Assembly: GCA_013265495.1 (NCBI GenBank)
Contig: MU058669.1
Coordinates: 1,373,880 to 1,437,879, forward strand
Direction of reading: 5' to 3'
DNA length: 64,000 nucleotides
From: Vicugna vicugna
Taxonomy: Eukaryota
In this document: piece after piece, positions 37,687 through 49,270 of the stretch
Numbering within the stretch: position 1 is the stretch's first letter
Layout of the letters: the number at the start of each line of letters is the position of its first letter
Translations under genes and position numbers: made by a program
The notes under the pieces: model-generated
Databases searched by the model: none
The model's input: only the letters and a program-made list of their open reading frames with translations
What the model was told of the DNA's origin: nothing

Positions 37687-39730
37687 ACTCATTCATTCAT
37701 TCAGCAGATTGCTAACAGAGAAACTATTCCAGGCTGCATTAGGGTTGTGGCAAGGCCTAAAACAAGAGCCTGCTCATGAGAAGGCGGGGTGAGTAGGTAA
37801 TACTGTTAAAACACAGATGAATATATTGTTACATCTGATAGTATGTCCCACTAAGAAAGACAGTGCAGCGTCAGGAAGCTGAGAGTGAGAAGGTGTTGAA
37901 ACCACTATTTTAGATTGGGTGGCTGGAGAGTCCTATTTGATGAGGTGACGTTGGAGACCCAGTTGAAGTGGCGAGGGGAATATGAACACCTAAGATGGTG
38001 TTTCAGACAGGGAACCCTGAATGATGATAGAGGAGCAAGAGCAGACAGAGTGATGCTTTTAGAAGAAGTTGTATTGTGTTTCTCCCATGCTTGAACTCTC
38101 CAGCATCTTCTGTTAAACCAGAAAACATCAGCGTCCTAACCTCTGCTACAGGCCAGGCAGTTCTGGCCCCTGGCTACCTCTTTGAACTCCTCCACCACCC
38201 TCCCCCCTTCACTCCACCGCAGCTATCCTGCCCTCCTGCTTTTTCAACCACTCATGGGCTTTCTACTTTTTGGATGCTGTTAGGTGTCTCTTATGTTTGA
38301 GTTATGTCAGGGAGAGGCAGCACTGTAACTCATCTTCTGACCCCACGCCTTCCATGAGCCTTTTGTAAAGAGATACACATTCAGAGTTCTCTACCGGGTG
38401 TTCTGAGCTAGGAAACATCCAAGTCTTGGTAAGTGTGACTCTTTCTTCTTGGCTCTGTGTGCCGTAGAGATAGTGGCCAGTTAGAATCAGTAGAATGAGT
38501 GAGTGGGTTAGCATCATACAGTAGGCTAATGCCATGCATGGAGGTCTGGGGACTCTTAAAGGCAATAATAGTTGAGGAGCATAACTTGAACATCATGACA
38601 ACCTTAAGTACCTGTGAAAAGATAGACTCATTAGCTCACAATTGACAGATGTCATCTAAAGTTGTAGGTCCATCTGATGGGGAGAGGATTCTCGTACATT
38701 CAGTACTGAATTTTTAGCAGTTACAAGGAGTAAGAGCTCACTGCTCCTTCTCCAGCCCAACCCCGTGTTCTTATCCTCAGTCCATTACATTGACTCTGCT
38801 CCAGTGTTCTTCCTTCCTCCCTTTAATATCTCAGGTTCCTTTTAAATTCATGGCTTTTGCCCTTGCCGTTCCATTTGCCTGGAACATCCTTTACCCAGAT
38901 TTTCATGTGGCTGCCTTATCTCACCTATCCCTTCCTCAGAGAGTTTTCCTGACTCTGTTGTCAAAAACAGCCCTGCGTGCTCTGCCTCAGTCAGTCTCCA
39001 TTGGTTGTTCTATTTTATCCTCACAGTGCTTGTTACCGTCAGAAACCATGTAAGTGGTGTGTTTGTGCGTGTTGTTTTTCCTGCTTTGTGAGAACATAGG
39101 CCTTTTCTCCACTCTATCTCTTGGCTAATAGCAGTGCTATCAAATAAAATCAACTATACTTAAATTTAAAAATGCACTATTAATCTTTGCTGAATGAATG
39201 ATAATAATGAATGGATACGTTTAGGTGGCAAACTATGGCCAAATAATGAGGATCGTCTTATAATTTACAGTTAAGATCCTTCCAGGTCTTCCTGTTGCCA
39301 TAAGGAGGAAAGGGCAGCTCCCTAGCCTAGTCTGAGACATGCATTAGCCAGATTCTGAGTTCCTTTTTTTATCTTCAACTCCTGCCACTGTCCACCTTTG
39401 CATCTATGCTTCAGGCATATTGACACTGTTGAGTGTATTTGAACTTTCTTAGACAACGTTTCTATTTTGTACCAGCTAACTCACACTCATCCTTTGGGTC
39501 TTTTAAAAAAAAAAAAAAACTTCCTAGGGAGATTTTTACGGACATCACCCATCCCAGGCCCAATAAGTTGTACTTCCTAGGTGCCTACAGAGCACCTGTT
39601 AGCTCCGGTGTAATACTTAGAACACTGTCAGTTAACCTGTTGTATTGTTTTCCATGCTAGGCTAGACTTCATTAGGTCTTAGTCACCACTATAGAAAGCT
39701 TGACAAAATGTGAACTCTCAGTAAACCTTA
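37687..39730. mobile_element. Cluster of L2 fragments (minus about 37687-38010; plus about 38050-38250, 38740-39210 and 39250-39730)
   Basis: actcattcattcattcagcaga tail; ggcttttgcccttgccgttccatttgcctggaac; tttgctgaatgaatga tail. Confidence 0.68.
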
Positions 39731-40459
39731 GGCTTAAAGTGCAAAAGATTAAAGGAAATGGAAAGGATGAGAAATTATGTAAGAAATATTTCTGAATTTC
39801 CACCATCTCAAGAGTTCTCCAATTGCATGGGTATAGCACCTAGGACTCAGGCCCTTGTCCCCAGCCAGCTAAGTAAGCCCTCTCTAGCCTCAGAAATCCT
39901 TTCCAGTGGAATCACATAGCCAGAACTTGGGAGCCCCACCCGCATCTCTTCTGTGATTTGTTACCTCTTTCTGCTCATTGCCTTGGGGAAATAGACAGTG
40001 TTTACCTATTGCCAATGCAAAGCTCAGCAGATGGTAAATGTCCTGTGCTCTGCCAACAGGAGTTAGGAGAAATAACTAGAATTCATTTACTTGAGACAAA
40101 CTCTAGCCAGGGATTTCACTGAGAGTTGGCAAAGAAAAGCTGTTAGCTTATGATTGATTTCTCAGTTCCAAGGAAAGAATGGTGTCTGTTTAGCGGCTCT
40201 GGCAATTATCACGGATAATAAGGTGATCCTTAATTAGAATTCCTGCAGCATTTCTCCATCCCCTAGTACCAACTATCTGTCTCCCTGATCCATCATTTGA
40301 TTCTCTTCCCTGTCTCTTTACCTTGCCTCCTCTACTATGGTTATTTCAAATGATCTTGCAAAGCCTTCTTTAACCAGGAATCATAGATGTAGAATCACAG
40401 AATAAACTGTAAGAGTCATTTCACTCTGTGCTTTCCCAAGGCTAGCTGATTCATGACTT

Positions 40460-40626
40460 AGTGTCAGGCTGGCTTTTTGAGAACCACCCAGGGAACTATG
40501 AAAAATCTAGATACCCAGGGCTCATCCTTGGAAATTCTTTTTCAGTTGTTCTGGAGCTGGACTGTCATCTGTGTTCTTAAAAATTCTTCAGGTGACTCCA
40601 GCCCATCTGGACTCAGATACCATTGG
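40460..40626. mobile_element. MER5-family MITE
   Basis: agaaccacccagggaact...aaaaatctagatacccagg; ttaaaaattcttcaggtgactc; accattg end. Confidence 0.7.
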
Positions 40627-42171
40627 ATTAGAGTCTATTCTGTAATTTGATTTTATATCTAGCTCCAGACTTTCCTGGCAGTGCTCAGATGGCCCCTGTT
40701 CAAAATCCAAAATATTTCAGAGAACGCTTTTGCAAGCTGAAGAGAGCTAATTGGTCATTTATGATTATCAGGTGCTTTTAATATCCATGGCCCCCATGAC
40801 TTAGAAGTAGGTATGTGCTTATAAGGGTATTCCTTCATGACATTGCAACTAAATTTTATGCTAGAAAACTGTAATTCACAGACTGATACCTGCCACAGAG
40901 ATAAACAAGTTGTCAGACAAGGCCTGACCATATGAGAAGTTCATTAAGGGCAGACAAGGGTACTTGAGTTGTGGAAACTTCTGATTGGAGTTCAGTGACA
41001 CAAATCTTCCACATTAATAACTCAGCTAACACAATTGTGAATCTTAATCTTAGGCACCAATTCTGAAGGGTGTCTCTACGCTTGCTGGATTCTTATATTT
41101 TACCATACAGGGGTGTTGCTAATATGTCTTATGCTAATTAACCAAAGCTTTTATTTTGATTAAAGGTAGCTAAGTGCTGTGTGAGCCTCTGTCCCTACAG
41201 CGAGCGTTTTCTAGTGAGATAAGGGAAGTATTAACTAGCTATTCTCAGGTAATGTTCTAAAATTAATTCACCCATGCATATATAAATCTGTGGTCTATAC
41301 CAAAATATTATAAAGTAAATTATGGACGCAGTATGGAATGGAGACTATGGGGAGATAATATTTTAAGTCTTTCGTGATGAAAATGTTGGAGAACATAGTA
41401 ATAAGAACATGCCAAACATTTATACTTAAAACACCAAAAGTGAGAAAAATCAGAGCAATTGCTTCTACATAACATTGCCAAAATTTGCTATTCTCCTACA
41501 GTTAGATGAATCTCTCCATTTAGTACATTCTTTTTAAGTAGTAGGTTCAAGAATATCTTTGCCTCTTTTGCCCTAACTTTTCTCACCTGGAAATTAAAGA
41601 GAGCGGACATTTAAAGTTGTTCATTTAGGTTTAATATTTTATAAATCATGGGTATTTCCTGATCCTTTTTTTGTTTGTTTTTCATTTTCTCATTCTTTAT
41701 AAGCAATGTGCATACACACATACGAATCAGTTCATTAGCATAATGGATGAATTTCCAAGTCAGTTGCTAGAATTTGCCTCTAGTGACAGAGCAGCTAAAT
41801 TGGATATATGAAATACAATCCATCGAATAAGATGAGGTTGATTAAATTTAGAATAATTGTGGTACTTTTAAGTTATCTTCATTTAGTTAAGATAATCAAA
41901 ACCCAGTAAGTTAAATAAAACATTATTTTTGTTATTTGTAAGTATTAAAAACTGTTTCCTAAGTCAAAAGATTAGCTATATGTATGTATTTGTGTTTGTT
42001 GTACTTTCACTAGTGGAACCCAGTGGTTTCTAGTCTCAATTAAGTTGTTGCCCATCCGGGGATTCTGGCCGACACTAACTGTAAATGGCTTAGTTACACA
42101 TGTAAGCTGACAGGAGGGTGGGTCCCACATGGGGATCGTCATTTTGGTGGTAGAGAATATGGGTTTGAGGT

Positions 42172-42470
42172 TGTGTCAAAGCCTTACTCTCCTTTGCTCT
42201 CACTACCAGATTCAAATTTCTGACACCAGATGAATGGGTTTTTTCTCTCACAAGGTGTTCTGTGTGACACCAGCTGTGTGACCTCCAGTTCAATTCAGTT
42301 CTGCCGCTAACTGAAGTCAGCACACACAGACCGCACAGGTTAAGGGCTCAGTCGCCTGAGACCGCCTCTGCTCCTCACTTCAAATGCCGGTCGCAAGCAG
42401 TAGGTCCCGGGTTACTTACAGTTTCTGTCCAACTTGGCAACACATTGGACGTTCTCATGACCCCCCCTCC
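42172..42470 (-). mobile_element. MER21-type LTR fragment
   Basis: ttctgacaccagatg, gacaccagctg...ccagttcaattcagttctg, cacaggttaagggctcagtc, cacttcaaatgccggtcgcaag, ttctgtccaacttggc. Confidence 0.85.
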
Positions 42471-42477
42471 CACTACA

Positions 42478-42685
42478 GTTGTCTTTCCTCTGTGACCTCA
42501 CATGTCAGAAGGACAAGGCAGCTCTCTGGGGGCACTTCTCCCATCTGCTGGGCACTAATCTCATTCATGAGAGCTCTAGTCCTAGGACGTAATCACCTCC
42601 CAAAGGGTCCCACCTCAGATACCATCATATTTGGGAAGAGGTTACAACATATGTATTGGGAAACACAAACATTCAGTATATAGCA
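42478..42685 (-). mobile_element. MLT1A-type MaLR LTR, partial (3' LTR of the element)
   Basis: gcactaatctcattcatgag...taatcacctcccaaagggtcccacctc...caacatatg...acacaaacattcagtatatagca. Confidence 0.85.
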
Positions 42686-44198
42686 TTTTGCCTCTAGCCC
42701 TCCGCCCCCCAATTCATGTCCTTGTCTTATGAGAAATACATTTGTTTCATCCCAGCAGTTCCAAAAGTCTTGACTCCTTCCAGTATCAGCTTCAAAGTGC
42801 AAGTCCAAAGTCTTATGGAAATGTCATCTAAATCAGAGAGGAGTGAGACTCCGAGGTGTGATTCATTGAGGCAAATTTCTTCTCCACCCGTGAACTTGTG
42901 AAACCAAACAAGTTACATGCTTCCAAAATAAAATGACGGGGCTAGCATAGGATAGACATTGCCTTTCCCGAAGGGAAATAGAGCAAAGATGAAAGGAGTT
43001 ACAGGTCCCAAGTAAGTTGAAAACCTAGTAGTGCAAATTCCATGAGACCTTAAGGCTCAAGAATAATCTTTGGCTTGATGGTCTGGGTGGAAACACTACC
43101 CCTTTCATTTGGTGGGACTGCCCCGCAGCTGTGACTCTCTTCCTAGGCCCTGTCTCCATCATGGTTCTTTGCTAGGGGCCTGCACCTGCAGCTCTTCTAG
43201 GCTGGGATCCCTGGCCCATGGCTCTTTTGAGTGGCCTCACCCCTGAGACACTGGGTAGGTACATCCTGAAACCTCTCTGTTCCTAGTCCTTGCACTCTGG
43301 TCCTGTGGTGAGCATGTGGGGTTCTCTGAATCACCTTCAACGTCTTTCTTCCATTGTCTTAAAGAACAGTATCTGAATTCTGTTGAGATGACTGATACAC
43401 ATCAATCTTAACCAAATGATTTTCTCGGCCACACCATTAATGTTCTTATTTTTTGCAGTATGGATAGGCTGAGAACTTGCCAAATCTCCAAATACTGCTT
43501 CCTCTTTGAATAGCGAGTCCATCTTTAAGTTATTTCTCTTTTTTCATTTTGCTATAAATAGTCAGTAGGAATTAAGCCATACCTTCAACACATTGCTTAG
43601 AAATTCCCTCAGCTAAATACCCAGCTTCATCACTTGGAAGTTCCTCCTTCCACAAAGCTCTGGAACACAAACACAATGTAATCAATTTATTTGCCACTTT
43701 CTAACAAGGATTGCCTGTCTTTCAGTTTCCAGTAACATGTTCATTATTTCCTCATTTCATTCTGAGATCTGGCTGGAATGGCCTTTACTGTCCAAATTTC
43801 TGCAAATATTCTGTCCAGGGTTACTTAGGTGTTCTCTCAGAAGGCTGGGGCTTTCTCTGCAGCTCTTCTCTTTTCCTTCTGAGCTCTTCCCAGAATCACC
43901 TTTAAGGCTTCATCCAAGGGGGAAGGTGTAGCTCAAGTGGTAGACCACATGCTTAGCATGCATGAGGTCCTGGGTTCAATCCCCGGTACCTCCTCTAAAA
44001 AAAAATAAATAAATAAACCTAATTACCTACATCCCTCCTCCCTCCACAAAAAAACCCCTAAAGCTTCATTCGTAGCAGTGTAGGCTTTTTGTAGCACGCA
44101 CCCCAAAACTTCTCCAGCCTCTGTTTCCTACCCAGTCCCAGAGCCCCTTCCCCTTTTCCAGTATTTGTTGCAGCATCACCCAGCTCTTGGTATCAGTT
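42686..44198 (-). mobile_element. MaLR internal region (MLT1-int)
   Basis: Plus-strand pyrimidine tract (minus-strand PPT) next to the LTR; caaaagtcttgact, gcttccaaaataaaatgacggg...cataggatagacatt, caggtcccaagtaagt, acagtcttgcttagaaat-like segment; PBS-side ctcttggtatcagttt. Confidence 0.88.
43919..44059 (+). mobile_element. Camelid tRNA-Ala(AGC)-derived SINE (vic-1 type)
   Basis: A box TAGCTCAAGTGG 43929-43940; anticodon arm CATGC-TTAGCAT-GCATG; B box GGTTCAATCCC 43973-43983; tail aaataaataaataaacctaattacct; TSD aaggcttcatcc (43904) / aaagcttcattc (44060) at a TTT/AA site. Confidence 0.92.
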
Positions 44199-44692
44199 TG
44201 TGTCTCAGGGTTCTCTGGAGACAGAACCACTAGGATATAGAGAGAAAGAGATTTATTGTACGAAGTTGACGCACACAATTATGGAAGCTGAAAAGTCCCG
44301 TGAACTGTCATCTGTGAGCTAGAGACCCAGGGAGGCTGGTGCTATAATTCAGTCCAAGACGTAAGGCCTGAGAACCAGGGGTGCTGATGGTGAGATTCCA
44401 GTCTAGACTTGAAGGTCTGCAGCCCAGGATTGTGCTGGGTGGAAGAAGATACAGCAGACACCTAGATCAAGCATGCAGGCAGGAGCGGCAGAATCCTTCC
44501 TTCCTCTTTATGCCTTTGTGCTCTGTCCTGGGTTGGATGATGACCACCGCTTTGGGGAGGCAAACCACTTTACAGGAGTCCCCTGATTCAAATGCTCAGG
44601 TCCAGAGACACTCTCAGACACAGAAGTAATGTGTAACCAGATATCTGAGCACCTGTAAACCAGCCAAAGTGATACATAAAATTAACCATCAC
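44199..44692 (-). mobile_element. MLT2B-like ERVL LTR
   Basis: cagggttctctggagacagaaccactagga, gagatttattgta...attatggaagctgaaaagtccc, gagacccaggga, end cataaaattaaccatcaca. Confidence 0.92.
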
Positions 44693-45572
44693 ATGGACCA
44701 GTTTCTCTCCTATCAAGGCATTGACATTCATTGATATTTTGACATGAAGTCCTCCAGATTACAAAGGTTGTTGGCTAAAGCTAAATCACATACGAGAGTA
44801 GGCAGATCTTTGTTAAGGACTTCAGAGAAAAGAAACAAAATTTAAGGTAGAACATGATAGATAAAGCAATCGTATCAAGCATAGCATTTTGTTGGAATGG
44901 GCAGACATACTTAGATTTAAACCCAGTTTATTGGTGATGATATGAGCAATGTCTATGCCAGCAAACAGGGGAGGTTTTGTATATATGGAATCTCATTTAA
45001 ACCTCACTGCGAGATGTGACGACTGTTGGTAATTTACCACTGAGAAAACTGAAACATAAAATAATTATTTAAAAGTGTACAGCTAATCAGTGGCAGAACC
45101 AGGATTTAAAAGCTTATCAGCCTGAATTCAGGAATTCTGTCCTTACAATATCTTGTCTCTTTTTCCATTTCCTGTACTCTGGAGTCTTTTGGGCAAGTCC
45201 TGTTTCCTTTTCTAAACCACTTTTACTTAATCTAGCATGAGGATATAGACTTTTTACAGCATTTAAGCATTTACCTCACCAGGAAAATAAAAAATGGTTG
45301 ACTGTAAATATTTATATGAGTAGAAGAGATTATCCTTGCCTTAATCCTATCCCCTTAAAGGACATCCTTTCAAGTATTGGTCTTAATAAAATGTTACTTT
45401 ATTATGTAGGCCAAGGTCAATTTTTGAATTAGTTGTCATAACCAGAAGTTTTTCGGAAATCCTTAAGACTGCAGCTCAGCATGAGTATGAGATAAATATT
45501 TTCCCAGTGAATGAACTCAGCTTGGTCATGCTATTGTTTCATGTCCATAAAGGTAGCTTTCATGTCCACTGA

Positions 45573-46045
45573 GGTAGTCAGGACTCTCTTGCCTAAAACT
45601 GTCAGACTCCCAACTTAAACTGGCTTACACAAAAAGTAGAACTTTATGGGCTCATATCATTGAAAATCCCCTCGTGAATTACAGGTGGATTTAGGTTGGC
45701 TGTTGCTGGTGATCAGTTTCTGTCCTTCTCTCTGCTTGTCTTTCCTCTGCCTTAGCTTCATAGTTACACAAGGTCTCTCAGCATGACTTTCTCGATCAAT
45801 CCAGAAGACTCCCCAAATTAATTTTAGTTTTGCTGAGTGTTGGTCCACTCCTGAGCCAGTCAATGAGGCCAGGGAATTCAATGCCCTATTTGGACAGGAT
45901 GTAAGACCCTCCACTCCTGGAGCTAAAGGGTGGGGTCAGTCCTGCTTAAAAGCTTAGACTGACAGTGAGGGAAGAATGGTTTCCCCAAAGAGAATTAGAA
46001 AGTTATTGCCAACTCAAGGGAATGGGATTCTGCACAGGCAAGGGA
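45573..46045 (-). mobile_element. Old MaLR LTR (MLT1J/K/L-like)
   Basis: tagtcaggactct...cccaacttaaactggctta, ccactcctgagccagtcaatgaggccaggg, ctggagctaaagggtggggtcag. Confidence 0.72.
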
Positions 46046-46464
46046 AAAACATTTACTTGCTTGACTTTGAGTCACCTTTGGGATAAAGAGCTCTGGTTTT
46101 TCAAGTGTTCTTCAAATGGCAAGATTCAGGGTCCTCCATTAACAGGGTTGTTCTCCTCTAAGTAACTTCTAAATGATTGGCGTTTCCTCTAGAAGGTCGT
46201 AGCCAAGAAACTGAGTGATGTGTAGACCAAGTAAGAAATGGCTAAAGGGAATTCTCTCAGGGTGTGTATATGTGTATCGGGGTGATGGGGTTAATTGTTC
46301 TGGAGACAAATTGGAGAGGCGATTGTTCCTTTCTGACTTTAAAAGGAATGATTGGGTATGAGAAGGTAGGGAGACAAAGCTAGGGTTAATATAAGGTACA
46401 GATTGTTGTTAATTCATGTTGCTCACCAGTGCTTTAGACAGCTGGGATTAGAGACGCCCATAAT

Positions 46465-46690
46465 TACTTAAATTAGCTATATATCATTTACCATGTGTCC
46501 GGCAGTGTTTTCAAATTTATATCTTAACTCATTTAATCTTGAGAGTCGTATAGTATTATTACCCCTACTTTCCTTGAGAGGAAACTGAGGCTAGACAAGG
46601 TAAATAACTTGTTGAAAGTCACTCAAGTACTAAATGGTAGAATTGGAAATAGAACCCAAGCAGTCTGTGTTTTTAATCATTACAGTATGT
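46465..46690 (-). mobile_element. MIR SINE
   Basis: gaggaaactgaggctagacaaggtaaataacttgttgaaagtcac...agaacccaagcagtctg. Confidence 0.85.
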
Positions 46691-46699
46691 TTTGGGGGA

Positions 46700-47560
46700 A
46701 AATGAGTCAGTAGACAATTGGAAGATAAAGTCAAGGAAAACTATCAAGTAGAAAAAAAAAAGACAGAGTTGGAAAATTAAAGAACAGATAAAAGAATCAC
46801 TCCCAGATGGCCACCGTCCCACAAATGAACGGGGAGAAATGTCAGAGTTAATACCGAACAAAAGTCGCCTACACCTGAAGATGTTTCTAGATTGAATGGT
46901 CTGACCAAACTGTCGCATGGTTTTAGGGAGTTTGAAAACACTGAGGTAAAAAGCAGTGAAAGGAATAAGGAAATCGGGAACACAAATCAGACTAACACTG
47001 GACATTAGATAAAATTAGAACAGAATTTAAACATATTTTAGGACAGATTAATTTCAAACTAGATTTCTGTACCAAGCTAAATTACCAATCAAATGTGAAG
47101 GTACATATGCAAAACTTCACCAAGAGTTTGCCTATAAGATCCTTTCTCAGGACCTATGGAGGGTGTAATCTACAAAATGTGGGAGCAATCCCACAGGAAG
47201 ACATGGGATCCAGGGAATAGCACAACCAACACAGAATAGAGATGCAGAATCTCCCTGAAAAACAGCAAAGGAAATGCCCTAGAAAAAAACTGTTCAGAAT
47301 TCCTAAAATGCACCAGTTTATATAGAAACAGAGACAAGGTTTGCTCCAGATGGCAGGTCTTCCAGAAAATAATGAAATGGCTAATTACCCAATGCAGTCA
47401 ACTACACTGAAAATGTACTATACAAAGTCAGAGGATTTGAAAGAGTTAATAAGGAAAGGTACACAAAGAGTTTGCAAAAGGAAAAAGGGCATTTTTAACT
47501 GTACAAGATACACACAAGCAAATAAAAGAAAATGTAATCATAGTTCATAATTTCTCAGGA
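46700..47560 (+). mobile_element. HAL1 / ancient L1 ORF1-like fragment
   Basis: A-rich; ttggaagataaagtcaaggaaa, tttcaaactagatttctgtaccaagctaaattaccaatcaaatgtgaagg, ggaagacatgggatccagg. Confidence 0.72.
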
Positions 47561-47572
47561 AGAAACAATATA

Positions 47573-47775
47573 CTGTTGACCCTAGAACGATGCAGGAGTT
47601 AGGAGTGCTGAACCTCCAAGCCGTGAAAAATCCCCACGTAACTTCACAGTGGGCCCTCTGTGTCCGTGGTTCTGCATCCATGCATCGGCTGGTACTGTAG
47701 CATGTATGCAGTGAAAACGTTCCTCCTGTGACTGGACCTGTGCAGTTCAAGCCCATGCTGCTTAAGGGTCAACTG
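47573..47775. mobile_element. Tigger2a-type MITE (artiodactyl Tigger2a_Art-like)
   Basis: TIRs ctgttgaccctagaac / cttaagggtcaactg; TA at 47571-47572 and CA (decayed TA) downstream; tggacctgtgcagttcaagcccatg. Confidence 0.88.
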
Positions 47776-47829
47776 CACACTTAACTCACATCAGTCCCTG
47801 TGGAGGTCTCTTGTAGGTGTGGTTAGCAT

Positions 47830-48058
47830 TATCCTCAGGAAGATGATCCTTGATAACCTAGTGAGCCTCATCCTATCAGTTGAAAGGTTTTAAGGGCAAA
47901 ACTGAGGTTTATCTGAGGAAGAAAAAATCCCGATGATGGACTGCAGATTCCACTCCTGCCCTGGGGTTTACAGGCAGCTAGCCTGTCCTACAGATGGTGG
48001 ACTTGCCAGGTCCCACAATTGTGTAAACCAGTTTCTTGCAATAAATCTCCAAATAAAG
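47830..48058 (+). mobile_element. MLT2 (C/D-like) ERVL LTR fragment
   Basis: gcctcatcctatcagttgaaagg, gcaaaactgaggttt...gaagaaaaaatc, cccacaattgtgtaaaccagtttcttgcaataaatctc. Confidence 0.8.
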
Positions 48059-48094
48059 AAGTGTGGGTGTGTGGGTGTACACCCACACGCTATG

Positions 48095-48341
48095 TGTATT
48101 GAAGATGCTTGGAAGTTGGAGGAGGGGGCCAGGAGCCAAGGAATGCATGCAGCCTCTTAAAGCTAGAAAACTCCAGGAAATGGTTCTCCTCTTGAGCCTC
48201 CAGAAGAAGTGCATCTCTTGATTTGGGCTCAGGGAGACTCATTTGGGACTTCTGACTTACAGATCTGTAAGATAATAAATGTGTGTTGTAAGACACTAAG
48301 TTTGTGGCAGTCCATTACAGCTGCAACATATATCTAATCCA
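48095..48341 (+). mobile_element. MLT1C/D MaLR LTR, 3' half
   Basis: ggagccaaggaatgc, gagcctccagaag, gacttctgacttacagatctgtaagataataaatgtgtgttg. Confidence 0.85.
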
Positions 48342-48639
48342 CTGTGCATAATATCCTGTGAGTCTTACCATCCAAGCGATTATCTGTGCTTTGTGGGAGA
48401 GACATGAAACTTGGGGGCATGATGCAATGGCACAGACCAGAGTAACTGTCCTAGTCAGGACTCGGACTTAGTTCTCAAAACTTACGAGTTCAGGGTTCAC
48501 TTTTTCTCTAGCATACATCCTCTAGTTGAAAGCTTGACTCTGTATCTCCTCAGGGACTTTTCTGTTTTTATAAGTTAAAAACAAAAACAAAAGAGAGAGA
48601 GAGAGAGAAGGAATTAAGGAAGACAGAACTCCTTGTTTT

Positions 48640-49270
48640 CTAGTTGACGTTTGCTTTGTCGGTGCATAAACAGCCTGTCTGAATGCCCCGTTAGGTGGCG
48701 CGGAGCGATTAATTGTATCGCTCATCACAGAGAAGCAGCATGGAGGTCCCTCCAAGATGCGCCAGCTGTAAACTCCAGCAACTGATCAATGCTGCTTTGA
48801 TGAAGTACCGAGACCCGTTTTTATACAAAGGCTTTTTATGGTCCTTTCTAACACTTAATAGACCGCTGATGATGGAAAAGCCGTTTCAATTTCCTAAGCC
48901 AGGGAGGATTCTCTTTGCCCTTCTCCTGTTCTACCCCCTGCAGAGTTTCTTGTAAAGGCTGTAGTTGTTTTTATTTTTGAAAGAGCAATGTGTTTCACAT
49001 TTTTCCATGAAAATTACCAAAATTATAATATATTCTTTTTACAGTTTGTATAATTATGATTAACAATGAATATCGCAATTTCAGGAATTATAATTAGTGA
49101 GGCAAAGCATGACATGTAATTTTAAATTGTTGTTTTGAGTTGTAAGCCTTCAGTTGATCCTACGTTTGAATTGCCATGGGCTTGAAGTCCAGAGTAATTC
49201 TTGTTAATAAAACACTGTTTTAAATGGGCTGTATACAAATATGGCAGGAGGGATAAAACTGTTACAGGTC
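48640..49270. promoter_or_regulatory. Candidate conserved non-coding element / developmental enhancer
   Basis: No recognisable repeat; about 12 CpG in 48645-48885; clustered FOX, homeodomain, E-box, TCF/LEF, SOX and HOX/CDX-like motifs, then an AT-rich TAAT-dense block; conservation inferred, not measured. Confidence 0.5.

Noticed and set aside
43919..43995. tRNA-Ala(AGC) gene
   Set aside because: Has a SINE tail, a TSD and no oligo-T terminator, and is inserted in a MaLR internal region; called as a SINE
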